From Candidatus Omnitrophota bacterium (GTDB lineage Bacteria; Omnitrophota; Omnitrophia; Omnitrophales; Aquincolibacteriaceae), in the NCBI GenBank assembly GCA_035352955.1, contig DAOPYQ010000003.1, positions 208,206 to 272,205 on the forward strand: a DNA stretch of 64,000 nt, written 5' to 3'. Made by a program: the position numbers and the translations under genes. Each line of letters starts with the position of its first letter. Position 1 is the first letter of the stretch. Positions 46,594 through 56,300 of this stretch are shown one piece after another. The notes beneath the pieces were generated by a model that did no database searches, was not told the origin of the DNA, and worked only from the letters and a program-made list of their open reading frames with translations.

Positions 46594-46965
46594 TTATTTT
46601 TTCTGCGGCCGCTGGGTGAGGAACGCCTGAAGGCGCTGGCGGGATAATTCGTCAATGTCCAGGAATTCAATCCCGGTGTCAAAATTCTTTTTCACGGAGC
46701 GGACCTGCCCGCTCGGGATAACCCATACGCTGCGCCCAAGGCACTGAACTGGCGGTTCCCCATCCTTGAGCTCGAGGCTGATCTTGCACCGGTCGAAACG
46801 CTCGAGGGCTTCCTCCAACATCACGCTAACGCCCCCCATGCCGACGTTCTCGGTAGTCGTTTTAAAAGCCCTGGCTTTCCCCTGAGGATGGATCACGACC
46901 TCACAGGATAAATGAAGTCTTGGAAATTTTCTTTTATTGAACCCGTCCCACATAAAATTTGTCAC
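46594..46965 (-). CDS. PilZ-domain protein
   Basis: Contains RKFPR (RxxxR) and a degenerate second motif ENVGMGG. Length is 123 aa. It overlaps the upstream SPOR gene by 4 nt. Confidence 0.6.
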   Translation of the reverse strand: MTNFMWDGFNKRKFPRLHLSCEVVIHPQGKARAFKTTTENVGMGGVSVMLEEALERFDRCKISLELKDGEPPVQCLGRSVWVIPSGQVRSVKKNFDTGIEFLDIDELSRQRLQAFLTQRPQKK

Positions 46966-47960
46966 GAGGTTGTCTTCACGAAAGCGTCCTGAAAGGGCCG
47001 TGCCACTTCCAGAGCGCGGAATTTGACAAGCTGGGCCTCGGCCTCGGCCTCGGTACGGAACCCGCCCAGGTGCACGATATAGAACACGCGACCGCTCGGC
47101 CTGACGCTTTCCTTAACGAAAGCTTTGAGCTGCGCGCGCCTGAGAGAATTCACGATCTGTTCGGCATCCGCAAGCGCGGGATAGGTCACCACCTGGATCA
47201 CATAAGGAAGCGCCGGCGTTCTTTGAACTTCACGGGAAACCGTCTTGGCGGCCGGTTTGGGCGACACCGGCGTAATCACAACCGGACGCTCCGCGACCGT
47301 CCCGGAAGGCGTCACCGCTCCGGCAGCAGGCACAGTCCCCGAAGCCTGTGCCGCTGATTCCGAGGGAATCTTGTAACGGGTCCGCATAGCGGTCTCCCGT
47401 TTAAAATTAAGGGCGTTGACGCCCCAAAAAAGGAGGAAGATCACGAGGGCTACGGACCCCCAGATAAGGACCCGGCGCGCGACAACGCGGCGAGGGTCCA
47501 GCAACCCTTTAAAAAATTCCGTGACCGTAGTGAAAAATCCGGTGATAGCGCCCCAGGAAAAAGAGATTTTCGATGTGGGAGAAGATTGATGATAGCGAAA
47601 ACGCGAATACATATCCGTCGCGGCATTGCTCCCGCCAGCAGGAACTGTCTTTTTCTCGAATTCATGAAGCGGAACATGCCGGGAAACGCTTTCGCTTTCG
47701 CGAGGTTCCCGAACCTCGCTCGGCGCCTGGATCAAAACATCCCTGTGGGGAGGCGTAAAAAGATCGACCGGTACAGCGGACGGTTCCTGCGGGGGCGCCG
47801 CAACCGTCGTCGTATCACGATAAGTCTCGCGGCCGGCCCCGGCGGCAACACGGGGAGCTTCATCGCCAGCGTAAAATTCGCCGTAAAGTTTCTTCTGAAT
47901 TTCGGCCTCAGTCAACAAGGAAACGTTCTGGTCTTTGTGCTTCTTTTTGAAGAGTGCCAT
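46962..47960 (-). CDS. SPOR-domain membrane protein (septal peptidoglycan binding)
   Basis: Single TM segment (VALVIFLLFWGV). Pro/Ala/Thr-rich linker. C-terminal SPOR-like fold signature YVIQVVTYPALADAEQIVNSLRRAQLKAFV...GRVFYIVHLGGFRTEAEAEAQLVKF. Confidence 0.65.
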   Translation of the reverse strand: MALFKKKHKDQNVSLLTEAEIQKKLYGEFYAGDEAPRVAAGAGRETYRDTTTVAAPPQEPSAVPVDLFTPPHRDVLIQAPSEVREPRESESVSRHVPLHEFEKKTVPAGGSNAATDMYSRFRYHQSSPTSKISFSWGAITGFFTTVTEFFKGLLDPRRVVARRVLIWGSVALVIFLLFWGVNALNFKRETAMRTRYKIPSESAAQASGTVPAAGAVTPSGTVAERPVVITPVSPKPAAKTVSREVQRTPALPYVIQVVTYPALADAEQIVNSLRRAQLKAFVKESVRPSGRVFYIVHLGGFRTEAEAEAQLVKFRALEVARPFQDAFVKTTS

Positions 47961-47961
47961 T

Positions 47962-48456
47962 CTATTTCCCCTTCACCGCGTGCGCAGGTTCACGCAACGA
48001 CAATGACAATTTGATCAGTTCAATCGGCCCCAGCACAATATGACCGCGCTGGATGAACCCGTTTTTTTTACAAAGATCGATCGCCCCCGACATCTTGGAA
48101 GTCGTCTTCAGGACCACTTCCTCGTATCCGACCTCACGGCAAAAATCCAGCGCCCGGTCAATCAGCCGCTTACCAATCTTCTGGTTCCGGTGCGTCGGTA
48201 CGACAAAGATCCGGCGGAGAAGCGCCACGCGCCCGTCCTCTTTCTTGATCGCGACGGTCCCGACCACTTTTTGGGTCCCGTTATCAACGGCCACAAAGAA
48301 CGCCTCGCCGATCCCTCCGTAAGCCTTGTCGATGCACTCAACGTCCTCAGTCGGATAGGCCTGCTTCACCTCACGAAACTCGCGGTTCATGATGCTGTTG
48401 ATGAGGTCCACCACCGCATTCTCATCTTCTTTCGTCGAACGTCGAATCGTAATCAT
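47962..48456 (-). CDS. GNAT family N-acetyltransferase
   Basis: Has a GNAT motif A region (RRIFVVPTHRNQKIGKRLIDRAL). Length is 164 aa. Its start is 2 nt after the stop of the downstream gene. Confidence 0.8.
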   Translation of the reverse strand: MITIRRSTKEDENAVVDLINSIMNREFREVKQAYPTEDVECIDKAYGGIGEAFFVAVDNGTQKVVGTVAIKKEDGRVALLRRIFVVPTHRNQKIGKRLIDRALDFCREVGYEEVVLKTTSKMSGAIDLCKKNGFIQRGHIVLGPIELIKLSLSLREPAHAVKGK

Positions 48457-48471
48457 AAAACGGAAAGACCC

Positions 48472-48777
48472 TTATTTTTTCGCATCACCGGCAGGTTTCC
48501 CGGCGGGTTTGGCTGCGGGCTTCGCTGCAGTTTTCGCGGCTCCAGCGGCAACAGGAGTCGCTGCACCAGGGGCGGCCCCTTCAGCAGCGTCTTCTTTGGC
48601 CTCTTTGACCTTCTTCATCTTAACCTTGAGGGACTTCACTTTGGGCAGATTATAAATGGTGCTTTTATCGCTCCACTTCCCCATTTCCTGAAGCTTTTTC
48701 ACCCTCTCAAAACGTTTAAAAACATTGCGATGTTTAGTCCCGACACTGTCAGAACGAAGACTCGGATGCTGCGACAT
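48472..48777 (-). CDS. Small basic protein with a Lys/Ala/Pro-rich C-terminal tail (histone H1-like low-complexity)
   Basis: 101 aa. The C-terminus reads ...AAKTAAKPAAKPAGKPAGDAKK. No enzymatic motif. The family is not recognised. Confidence 0.4.
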   Translation of the reverse strand: MSQHPSLRSDSVGTKHRNVFKRFERVKKLQEMGKWSDKSTIYNLPKVKSLKVKMKKVKEAKEDAAEGAAPGAATPVAAGAAKTAAKPAAKPAGKPAGDAKK

Positions 48778-48925
48778 AAAAGCTGGACTCCTTTGCTAGG
48801 TGATGGAATTTCTCCGGGCTACTTGGCTATCGGAGGAACGTATTATACCGATGGAAAATGGGATTGACCAGAGGAAAAGTGACTAAAACACCAAAAATGG
48901 AAATAAAAAAAATGGCGCGGAACGT

Positions 48926-49711
48926 TCAGCGCGTGATGGGCCGGATATAGGCGTCCGACGAAACCAGCTTCTGCGACCGGAGCGTCTTAAGAAGCTCCAT
49001 CGCTTCTTTGCGGGTCTCAAACGAAGCAATGCAAACCTGCAAATGCTTCCCGCTCGGGATCACAAACGACGGATGGCCCTTCTGGAAAAGCTTCTGGATC
49101 TCACGGTCCGCTGCGGATTGGGTAACATAAGTGACATGCTGGATCGTATATTTGCCCTTCGGAACGGCCACTTTAGCCACAGGCTTCGGCATAGCCGTCA
49201 CGGGGATCGGAACTTCAACGGGAATTACGTCGGAAACCTCGTTCGGTGCGGCCTGAGAAACCGCCACAGGCTTCCCTCCTGCCGTTGTAACGGGCATCGT
49301 CTGAACCGCGACCGGAACGGCCGCAACAGCAGCAACCCGATTTGCGACCGAGGAACGCTTCCCCGTTTCAACGCCCCATGCGAAGATCACGACAAAGAAA
49401 ACGAGAAGGATAAGCGAAAGCCCGATCGTCTGATCGAGTCGCAAGGTCACAAAAGTTTTTTCAAGAAAAGTGGATCTGGGTTCCTCGGACGTTTCCGCCT
49501 GAACCGGACGAGATGACAATTCGAATAATTCGGGTTGCATTTCAGTTTCCTCCGCACATTCATTTACGGCAATCCATGCGGAAGATTTAACAAAATCAGC
49601 ATAAATCTCGACGCGCAACGTAACGGAAATTCTTTTCGGCGCGAGTTGAGCGTTGCGCGCCGTACCGAGGGAAGCGTTTAGCGGGTTAGCTTGATCCGTT
49701 TCGGCGGCCAC
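48926..49711 (-). CDS. SPOR-domain protein
   Basis: TM segment (IGLSLILLVFFVVIFAWGV). C-terminal SPOR-like segment YTIQHVTYVTQSAADREIQKLFQKGHPSFVIPSGKHLQVCIASFETRKEAMELLKTLR. Its 5' end overlaps lepB by 34 nt, so the true start may be further downstream. Confidence 0.55.
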   Translation of the reverse strand: MAAETDQANPLNASLGTARNAQLAPKRISVTLRVEIYADFVKSSAWIAVNECAEETEMQPELFELSSRPVQAETSEEPRSTFLEKTFVTLRLDQTIGLSLILLVFFVVIFAWGVETGKRSSVANRVAAVAAVPVAVQTMPVTTAGGKPVAVSQAAPNEVSDVIPVEVPIPVTAMPKPVAKVAVPKGKYTIQHVTYVTQSAADREIQKLFQKGHPSFVIPSGKHLQVCIASFETRKEAMELLKTLRSQKLVSSDAYIRPITR

Positions 49712-50319
49712 CAGATCATAAAGGCCTTACCGACCATATTCTTCTCGGGCACAAAACCCCAATCGCGGCTGTCCGCGGAATGCGCGGAGTTATCCCCCAG
49801 CGCGAAGTAGCTTTGTTCCGGGACCCGGATCACCTGCCCGGTCTTCCCATAGGCCCAGTCTTCGACATTGTAATAGGTATGTTCCCCGAACGGCGGTTCG
49901 GTCATCGGTTTGCCGTTCACGAGCAGGATGCCTTTGCGGATCTCCAGCGTGTCCCCCGGAAGCCCGGCAAGACGCTTCACAAAGTCTTTTTTGGGATCAC
50001 GAGGGTATTTGAAAACGATAATGTCCCCCCGCTCCGGCGGATGGAACCGGTAACTGAGTTTGTCGACAAAGATTTTATCGTTGATCATGAACGTTGGGAT
50101 CATTGAACCCGACGGAATCTTGTACGGCCCGAAAATGAACGTGCGGATCGCGATCGCAAGGATCGCGGCGATCAGGAGGGGCTCCCCCCACTCTTTCCAG
50201 AAAAAATACAACCCCTGCCGCAACGAATACTTCATCACATAATACAGAACCCCGCCGAGGATCGCAGCCACCCCGATCCCGATCATAAGGAACATCTGCC
50301 GGTCCATAGATTCGAGCAT
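49678..50319 (-). CDS. lepB: Signal peptidase I
   Basis: Contains the SPase I catalytic boxes PSGSMIPT (Ser box), KRLAGLPGD and GDNSAHSADSRDWGFV. Length is 213 aa. Confidence 0.9.
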   Translation of the reverse strand: MLESMDRQMFLMIGIGVAAILGGVLYYVMKYSLRQGLYFFWKEWGEPLLIAAILAIAIRTFIFGPYKIPSGSMIPTFMINDKIFVDKLSYRFHPPERGDIIVFKYPRDPKKDFVKRLAGLPGDTLEIRKGILLVNGKPMTEPPFGEHTYYNVEDWAYGKTGQVIRVPEQSYFALGDNSAHSADSRDWGFVPEKNMVGKAFMIWWPPKRIKLTR

Positions 50320-50320
50320 A

Positions 50321-52102
50321 TCAGTCCACCTTAAGAACGCTGATGAAGGCTTCCTGCGGCAAGTCCACCCGGCCGATCTTCTTCATGCGTTTCTTCCCTT
50401 CTTTTTGGCGTTCCCACAGTTTGCGTTTACGCGTAATATCGCCGCCGTAGCACTTGGCGGTCACGTTTTTCTTGATCGCGGCGATCGAATCGCGTGCGAT
50501 GATCTTTGCTCCGATCGCGGCCTGGATAACGACCTCGAACATCTGTCGCGGGATCACTTCCTTCAGTTTCTCCACGAGCGCCTTGCCCCGCGGGTACGCC
50601 TTTTCCCGCCAAGTAATGATCGCAAGCGCGTCGACCGGTTCGCCGTTGATGAGGATATCCATTTTAACGAGCTCGGAAGGCTTGTGCCCGATAAAATCAT
50701 AATTCAGCGACCCGTACCCGGCGGTCATCGACTTGATCTTGTCATAAAAGTCCATGACGACTTCGGAGAACGGGATCTCATACGTCAGCACCACACGCTT
50801 CGCGTCCAGAAATTCCGTGCTCTTATAAATCCCGCGCCGGTCCTGGCAAAGCTGCATGATGGCCCCGAGCGCTGTCGCCGGGATCATCACATGCGCCCGG
50901 ATATACGGTTCCTCAATGATCTCGATTTGCTGCGGCGGCGGCAGCTTAGTCGGATTGTCCAACTCGAGAATTTCCCCGGCGGTCGTCAGCACCTTGTACA
51001 CCACGCTCGGCGCCGTAATGATCAGCTGGAGATTGAATTCCCGCTCGAGCCGTTCCTTGATGATATCCATATGAAGCAGACCGAGAAAGCCGCAGCGGTA
51101 ACCGTGCCCGAGAGATGCGGACGATTCCGGCTCATAAACAAACGATGAATCGTTCAGCCGGAGCTTCGCGAGCGCGTCACGGAGCAACGGAAAATCTTTC
51201 GCCATGATCGGGTAAAGCCCGCAAAACACCATGGGCTTCACGTCCTGGTAACCTTCGAGCGGCTCCGGCGCGGGATTGGAGGCCAGCGTGAGCGTATCGC
51301 CGATCTTCACCTCCGAGATATCCTTGATATTCGCATTCAGGTAACCGACTGCCCCGGCGCTCAGTTCCGTAACCGGTTCAGGGTTCGGATTAAAGATCCC
51401 GATCTGGTCGATCTCGTGCGGCGTCTGGGTCTGCATCATGAGCACCTGATCGTGTGCGTGGAGCTTCCCGTCAAAAATGCGGAAGTACGCGACCACCCCC
51501 TGATAGCTATCGTATTTGGAATCAAAAATCAATGCCTTGAGGGGTTTGTCCGGATCTCCTTTGGGATGCGGGATCTTGTCGATAATGGCCTTAAGGATCT
51601 CTTCCGCGCCTTCGCCGGTCTTGGCGCTCGAAAGGATAATATCCTTCTCGTCAACTCCGAGGAATTCTTTGACTTCCTGTTTTACGCGCTCCGGCTCGGC
51701 CGTCGGCAGATCGATCTTCGTAATGATCGGAATGATCGTAAGGTTTCGTTCCATCGCAAGATAGAGGTTCGTGACGGTCTGCGCCTGGATCCCCTGCCCG
51801 GCATCGACCAGGAGCAACACCCCTTCGCAGGCCGCGAGACTTTTGGAGACTTCATAAGTGAAATCGATATGGCCCGGCGTATCGATCAGATTCAGCCAAT
51901 AGTCCTTGTAATGGATACGCACCGCCCGGGCTTTGATCGTGATCCCGCGCTCACGCTCGAGCTCCATATCATCCAGAATCTGATCGCGAAATTCGCGCTT
52001 CGAGATCGCTCCGGTATGAAGAAGCAGACGGTCTGCGAGCGTAGATTTTCCATGGTCAATATGCGCAATAATGGAGAAATTACGGATCTTGGATGTTTGC
52101 AT
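50321..52102 (-). CDS. lepA: Elongation factor 4 (LepA)
   Basis: Starts with the GTPase G1 motif AHIDHGKSTLADRLL. DTPGHIDF and NLIDTPGH-like motifs follow. Length is 593 aa. Confidence 0.95.
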   Translation of the reverse strand: MQTSKIRNFSIIAHIDHGKSTLADRLLLHTGAISKREFRDQILDDMELERERGITIKARAVRIHYKDYWLNLIDTPGHIDFTYEVSKSLAACEGVLLLVDAGQGIQAQTVTNLYLAMERNLTIIPIITKIDLPTAEPERVKQEVKEFLGVDEKDIILSSAKTGEGAEEILKAIIDKIPHPKGDPDKPLKALIFDSKYDSYQGVVAYFRIFDGKLHAHDQVLMMQTQTPHEIDQIGIFNPNPEPVTELSAGAVGYLNANIKDISEVKIGDTLTLASNPAPEPLEGYQDVKPMVFCGLYPIMAKDFPLLRDALAKLRLNDSSFVYEPESSASLGHGYRCGFLGLLHMDIIKERLEREFNLQLIITAPSVVYKVLTTAGEILELDNPTKLPPPQQIEIIEEPYIRAHVMIPATALGAIMQLCQDRRGIYKSTEFLDAKRVVLTYEIPFSEVVMDFYDKIKSMTAGYGSLNYDFIGHKPSELVKMDILINGEPVDALAIITWREKAYPRGKALVEKLKEVIPRQMFEVVIQAAIGAKIIARDSIAAIKKNVTAKCYGGDITRKRKLWERQKEGKKRMKKIGRVDLPQEAFISVLKVD

Positions 52103-52755
52103 CAGGAGTGCTTCTTTGCAACCTCGCGGAACTCGGAGATCACCTGTGCGCGGTCCTTTTTACCGAATACCGCGCTGCCCGCAACCAGGACATCCGCGCC
52201 CGCCGCGATCGCCTGCAAAACGTTCCGGGGATCAATTCCGCCGTCGACGGAGATAAGACCTTTGAATTTTTGCCGCAACGCGGCGACCTTCGGCATTTGG
52301 TCCGGCATAAAGGCCTGGCCGCCGAAACCCGGCTCGACCGACATCACAAGAATGAGGTCCAACTCCTCAAGATACGGAAGAATCGCTTCGACAGGCGTCT
52401 TCGGCTTAAGGGAAAGCCCGGCCTTCGCGCCGAGTTTCCGGATCTCCTGCAGAGTCGCACGCACATTCTTTTCAGCCTCGACATGGATTGTGATCCAGTC
52501 AGCACCGGCCTTCCGGAACTCGGCAATGTATTTCGCTGGATCCGAGATCATCAAATGTACGTCGAACGGGATCTTCGTAATCTTCCGCAGCGAACTCACC
52601 ACCACGGGACCGATCGAAATATTCGGCACAAAATGCCCGTCCATCACATCGATATGCAGCACATCGCAGCCCGCCTGTTCTACATCACGGATCTCTTCGG
52701 CCAAACGGCTGAAGTCCGCGGAAAGCAAACTCGGCGCGAGCATGATCTTTTTCAA
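52102..52755 (-). CDS. rpe: Ribulose-phosphate 3-epimerase
   Basis: Begins PSLLSADFSRLAEEI and contains HIDVMDGHFVPN and DGGI, as in Rpe. Length is 217 aa. Its stop overlaps the lepA ATG by 1 nt (TGATG). Confidence 0.9.
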   Translation of the reverse strand: MKKIMLAPSLLSADFSRLAEEIRDVEQAGCDVLHIDVMDGHFVPNISIGPVVVSSLRKITKIPFDVHLMISDPAKYIAEFRKAGADWITIHVEAEKNVRATLQEIRKLGAKAGLSLKPKTPVEAILPYLEELDLILVMSVEPGFGGQAFMPDQMPKVAALRQKFKGLISVDGGIDPRNVLQAIAAGADVLVAGSAVFGKKDRAQVISEFREVAKKHS

Positions 52756-52794
52756 CGTGCACTCCTCTTTCCGGCCGGAAAAACCCCGGCTCGT

Positions 52795-53721
52795 TTACGA
52801 TTCCCGTTTTGAGTCCTGTTTTAGGGCCTTTAAAAATCCGGGATGGACTTTATACCCCAGCTTCACCGCCTGGTGCAAGTCTTTCCAGCTTTTGTTGTAA
52901 TTTTTTTTCCCGAAATACGCGACCGCGCGGTCATTGAAAAATTGTCCAAGCTGCGCAACGGGAGGATTTCCCTTGATCGCCTTATCGAAACAGACAAGCG
53001 CCCGGTCAAGATCTCCCTTTCCAAGATACGCGAGCCCAAGATCGTGCTGGATCTTCTCGTTCGCAGGTTCGAGCTTCAGGGCCCGCTGGTAGTCCGCGAT
53101 TGCGTCATCATACCGGCGCATGTCCAAATAAGCATTCCCGCGGTTCGCATACGGCAAAACGGCCTCGGGCGTCATCGCGATCGCCTCGGCATAATCCGCG
53201 ATAGCTGCCTCGGTTTTTCCCTCACGGGCGAGCGCAAACCCCCGATTATTGTAATACTGCGCCGAACTTTTCTTCAGATCCGCGAGGATCTCCGGGGGAG
53301 CTTCAAAACCCAGCGACCCGGCTTTCCGGACATCCTCCCACAGAATCGTGTACGATTCCTTTCGCTCGTAAATAAGCGCTCGAGTAAAATAATATTCCCC
53401 GACCCTTGGCGCGAGCTCGATCGCCCGATTAATATCCGCGAGCGCCCGGTCATACGCCCCAACCTGCCCTCCGCCGTAGGACATCGCCCGGTGGCTATAA
53501 GATTCCGCATTGCGAGGATCAAGCTCGATTGCCTTCGTAAAGGACCGAACCGCCTCTTCCTGATTTCCGTTCCGACGAAAAACCATCCCCTGCTCATTAT
53601 AATACCGGACCTTTGCCGCGATATCTTGAGCCGGAGTTCCGGCGAAAAGAACGGTGGAGAAATTTCCAAAAATCAGCGCCCCCAGAAGCACCGCTAGGAC
53701 CGGGGCCATACGGCAATTCAT
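52795..53721 (-). CDS. TPR-repeat protein with N-terminal signal/anchor
   Basis: Multiple 34-aa TPR-like units (AxxxYxxxG...A.......P patterns) after MNCRMAPVLAVLLGALIFG. Confidence 0.7.
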   Translation of the reverse strand: MNCRMAPVLAVLLGALIFGNFSTVLFAGTPAQDIAAKVRYYNEQGMVFRRNGNQEEAVRSFTKAIELDPRNAESYSHRAMSYGGGQVGAYDRALADINRAIELAPRVGEYYFTRALIYERKESYTILWEDVRKAGSLGFEAPPEILADLKKSSAQYYNNRGFALAREGKTEAAIADYAEAIAMTPEAVLPYANRGNAYLDMRRYDDAIADYQRALKLEPANEKIQHDLGLAYLGKGDLDRALVCFDKAIKGNPPVAQLGQFFNDRAVAYFGKKNYNKSWKDLHQAVKLGYKVHPGFLKALKQDSKRES

Positions 53722-53724
53722 CGG

Positions 53725-55005
53725 TTAAGAACCTTCGATCTCGAGCTGTTTTGTCAGCTCTCGCTGCATCTTCTCCGGCACGGGACCGATCAACGAGAGG
53801 TTGAGGCTTCTCGTACGAAAAAGTTCCTGCGCAATACTCCGGACGTCCTCAAGCGTGACCGCCTCGACCTTCTGGCGGATCTCTTCCTTGTCCGGAAGTT
53901 CGCCCGCACAAAGGGCTTTTTCCCCGGCCCAAAGCATGTAATCCAGCGTGTCCTCGACACCGAGATACACCTGACTCATGAAATAATCCTTCGCCCGACG
54001 CAACTCGCCTTCCTTGACAAAACTCTTACGCACCTTCCCGAGCTCTTTGAGGATCACGGCCAGGGCTTTCACGGACTTTGACGTCTCGACACCCGCCGAA
54101 ACCGTAAACGCGCCCGTGTCCTGATACGCCGCAACACTCGATTTGATCTCGTATGCCAGCCCCCGCTTCTCACAGACCTCTTCAAACAGGCGGCTCGACA
54201 TATTCGCACCAAGCATCACGTGCAACAGCCCGAGCTTGTACCGGTCCGGATGGGTCCTGGGCAAAGCATGCAGGCCGATCACAAAATGCGTCTGTTCCGT
54301 TTTCTTCTCAAAAAAATGGGTGCGCGGTCTTTTCTGGACGCTTTCGGCCGGCGTGAACACCGACGGTTTTCTCTTCAGCGGCGTCTTGTAGATCTCCGCG
54401 GCCTGCCGGAGAACTTCGTCGTGTTCGATATTTCCCGCGATCGAGACCAAGATGTTGGCGGGGTGATAAGAATCTTTTTTATAACCGAGGATATCGGAAC
54501 GCGTCATCCGCGAAACGGTCTCCGGAGTCCCCGCCAAGGTCCTCCCGAGCGGCTGGTCGGGCCAGAGAAGCTCCCCCATCAGATCGTGCACATGATGGGA
54601 AGGAAGATCCCGGTACATCTTGATCTCCTCGAGGATCACGGTCCTCTCCTTGACCAGTTCGTCCGCCGGAACCGTCGCATTCAACACCATATCCGAAAGA
54701 ACCGTCAACGCGCGCGTGTAATGCTGCTTCAGGAGCTTCGCGAAATAACAGGTCACTTCCTCGCCGGTAAAAGCGTTCAGGATGCCGCCGACGCCCTCGA
54801 TCTCTTCCTTGATCTGCCGGATACTCCGCGTCTTCGTGCCCTTGAACATCATATGCTCAAGAAAGTGAGAGACCCCGGAAAATTTCTTTTTCTCGTACCG
54901 CCCACCGGTCTTCACCCAAACTGCCACCGCGGCAGAATCGCGATTCGGCATCTCCACCGTCAAAACCTTGAGTCCGTTCTCTAGCGTCGATAATTGATAA
55001 CTCAT
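53725..55005 (-). CDS. M16 family zinc peptidase (pitrilysin-like)
   Basis: Contains the inverted zinc motif HFLEHMMFKGT (HxxEH) and a downstream ...NAFT.... E... motif. Length is 426 aa. Confidence 0.85.
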   Translation of the reverse strand: MSYQLSTLENGLKVLTVEMPNRDSAAVAVWVKTGGRYEKKKFSGVSHFLEHMMFKGTKTRSIRQIKEEIEGVGGILNAFTGEEVTCYFAKLLKQHYTRALTVLSDMVLNATVPADELVKERTVILEEIKMYRDLPSHHVHDLMGELLWPDQPLGRTLAGTPETVSRMTRSDILGYKKDSYHPANILVSIAGNIEHDEVLRQAAEIYKTPLKRKPSVFTPAESVQKRPRTHFFEKKTEQTHFVIGLHALPRTHPDRYKLGLLHVMLGANMSSRLFEEVCEKRGLAYEIKSSVAAYQDTGAFTVSAGVETSKSVKALAVILKELGKVRKSFVKEGELRRAKDYFMSQVYLGVEDTLDYMLWAGEKALCAGELPDKEEIRQKVEAVTLEDVRSIAQELFRTRSLNLSLIGPVPEKMQRELTKQLEIEGS

Positions 55006-55013
55006 AAAAACAC

Positions 55014-55442
55014 TTACTCCTTCGGAGCGTTCGCCCCACTATCAATGAAGTTTTGTAAAATGCGCTGGGCCGCCAATTGGTCGATGATCTCTTTACGTCT
55101 GTCCCGCCGCACATCTGCTTCGATCAGGACCCGCTCGACTTCTTTAGAAGACAGCCGCTCGTCCCACAACACCACCGGCACCGCAAGTTGCGTCCGGAAC
55201 CACTCAACTTCCTTTGTGATCTTCTCGGCCGCGATACCGACCTCGCCTTTCATCGTCACCGGAAGCCCGGCCACGATCTTTCCGATCTTTTTCTCGAGAA
55301 CGATCTTTTTGATCTCCTGCAGGACCTGTCCCCGGCCCTTGTTCGGGATCACGGTCAACGGAAACGCGATCGTCGTCCCCTCCGCTACGAACGCGACACC
55401 GATCCTTTTTTCGCCGAAATCCAGCCCGAGAACGCCGCCCAT
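55014..55442 (-). CDS. ruvX: Putative pre-16S rRNA nuclease / Holliday-junction-resolvase-like YqgF (RuvX)
   Basis: The track ORF 55014..55799 has a low-complexity Arg/Asp-rich 5' extension overlapping trpA. The conserved RuvX start LGLDFGEKRIGVA begins at the ATG at 55442, a 1-nt overlap with the trpA stop. Confidence 0.8.
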   Translation of the reverse strand: MGGVLGLDFGEKRIGVAFVAEGTTIAFPLTVIPNKGRGQVLQEIKKIVLEKKIGKIVAGLPVTMKGEVGIAAEKITKEVEWFRTQLAVPVVLWDERLSSKEVERVLIEADVRRDRRKEIIDQLAAQRILQNFIDSGANAPKE

Positions 55443-56245
55443 CAGCCGTGGACCGCACGGGACATTGTTTCGATAAAACGTTCGGCGCAGCCGATACCGC
55501 GTTTGAGATGTTCGATCACCGCGCTCCCTACGATCACGCCGTCCGCCATCCCGCAAAGCTCCCGCGCCTGATCCGGTTTTGAAACGCCGAACCCCACAAG
55601 GACCGGCTTTTTCGACATCCGCTTGATCTTCACAAGATGCGCTTTGAGATCGGCCGGCAGGACTTTCCGTGTGCCGGTCACGCCTCGGAGCGAAACGTAA
55701 TAGATAAATCCCTGCGATCTCTGAACGATCTTCCGGGCGCGCACATCCGGCGTCGTCGGCGCCACGAGAAAGATCCGCGAAAGTTTCCGACGACGACATT
55801 CGGACTGAAAACCTTGTTCCTCTTCCGGCGTCAGGTCGGGAACGATCAACCCATCGATCCCGGCAGCCCGGGCGTCCCGCGGGAAATCCTTCAAGCCGTA
55901 CGCAAGGATCGGGTTGAAATACCCGAAGAAAACGACCGGCATGCGGAGCCCCTTCGTGCGCAGCCGCTGGATCATCCGGAATGCTTCCCGGATGCTCGGA
56001 TGTCTCTTGAGCGCCTGTTCGGAAGAATACTGGATCGTCGGCCCGTCCGCCAAAGGATCTGAGAAAGGAAACCCGAGCTCAAGAATATCCACACCCGCCT
56101 TTTCGCAAGAGAGGATCAACCGTTCCGTCGCTTTCACGTTCGGATAGCCGAACGTAAGGAACACGCAGAACAGCTTTCGCTTTTTCCTACCTGCTTCGTT
56201 GATCTTATTCGTCAGATGATTTATCAAACTCTTACTTCCTTTCAA
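55442..56245 (-). CDS. trpA: Tryptophan synthase alpha chain
   Basis: TrpA-like throughout (FLTFGYP, ELGFPFSDPLADGPTIQ, YFNPI, GVTG). Length is 267 aa. Confidence 0.9.
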   Translation of the reverse strand: MKGSKSLINHLTNKINEAGRKKRKLFCVFLTFGYPNVKATERLILSCEKAGVDILELGFPFSDPLADGPTIQYSSEQALKRHPSIREAFRMIQRLRTKGLRMPVVFFGYFNPILAYGLKDFPRDARAAGIDGLIVPDLTPEEEQGFQSECRRRKLSRIFLVAPTTPDVRARKIVQRSQGFIYYVSLRGVTGTRKVLPADLKAHLVKIKRMSKKPVLVGFGVSKPDQARELCGMADGVIVGSAVIEHLKRGIGCAERFIETMSRAVHG

Positions 56246-56300
56246 GAAAGCCTACATAGACTTTAGCAAAAGCTAGGAGCTAAGGGCCATAGACTATAAG

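Noticed and set aside
46572-46682. 5' extension of the yajQ ORF (start at 46682 instead of 46571)
   Set aside because: The extension overlaps the upstream PilZ gene in another frame and is low complexity (RRSSPSGRRKNNGSFRSLR). The canonical YajQ N-terminus and a GGAG RBS coincide with the internal ATG at 46571.
55443-55799. 5' extension of the ruvX ORF (start at 55799)
   Set aside because: The Arg/Asp/Gly-rich extension lies entirely within trpA. The conserved RuvX N-terminus starts at the ATG at 55442.
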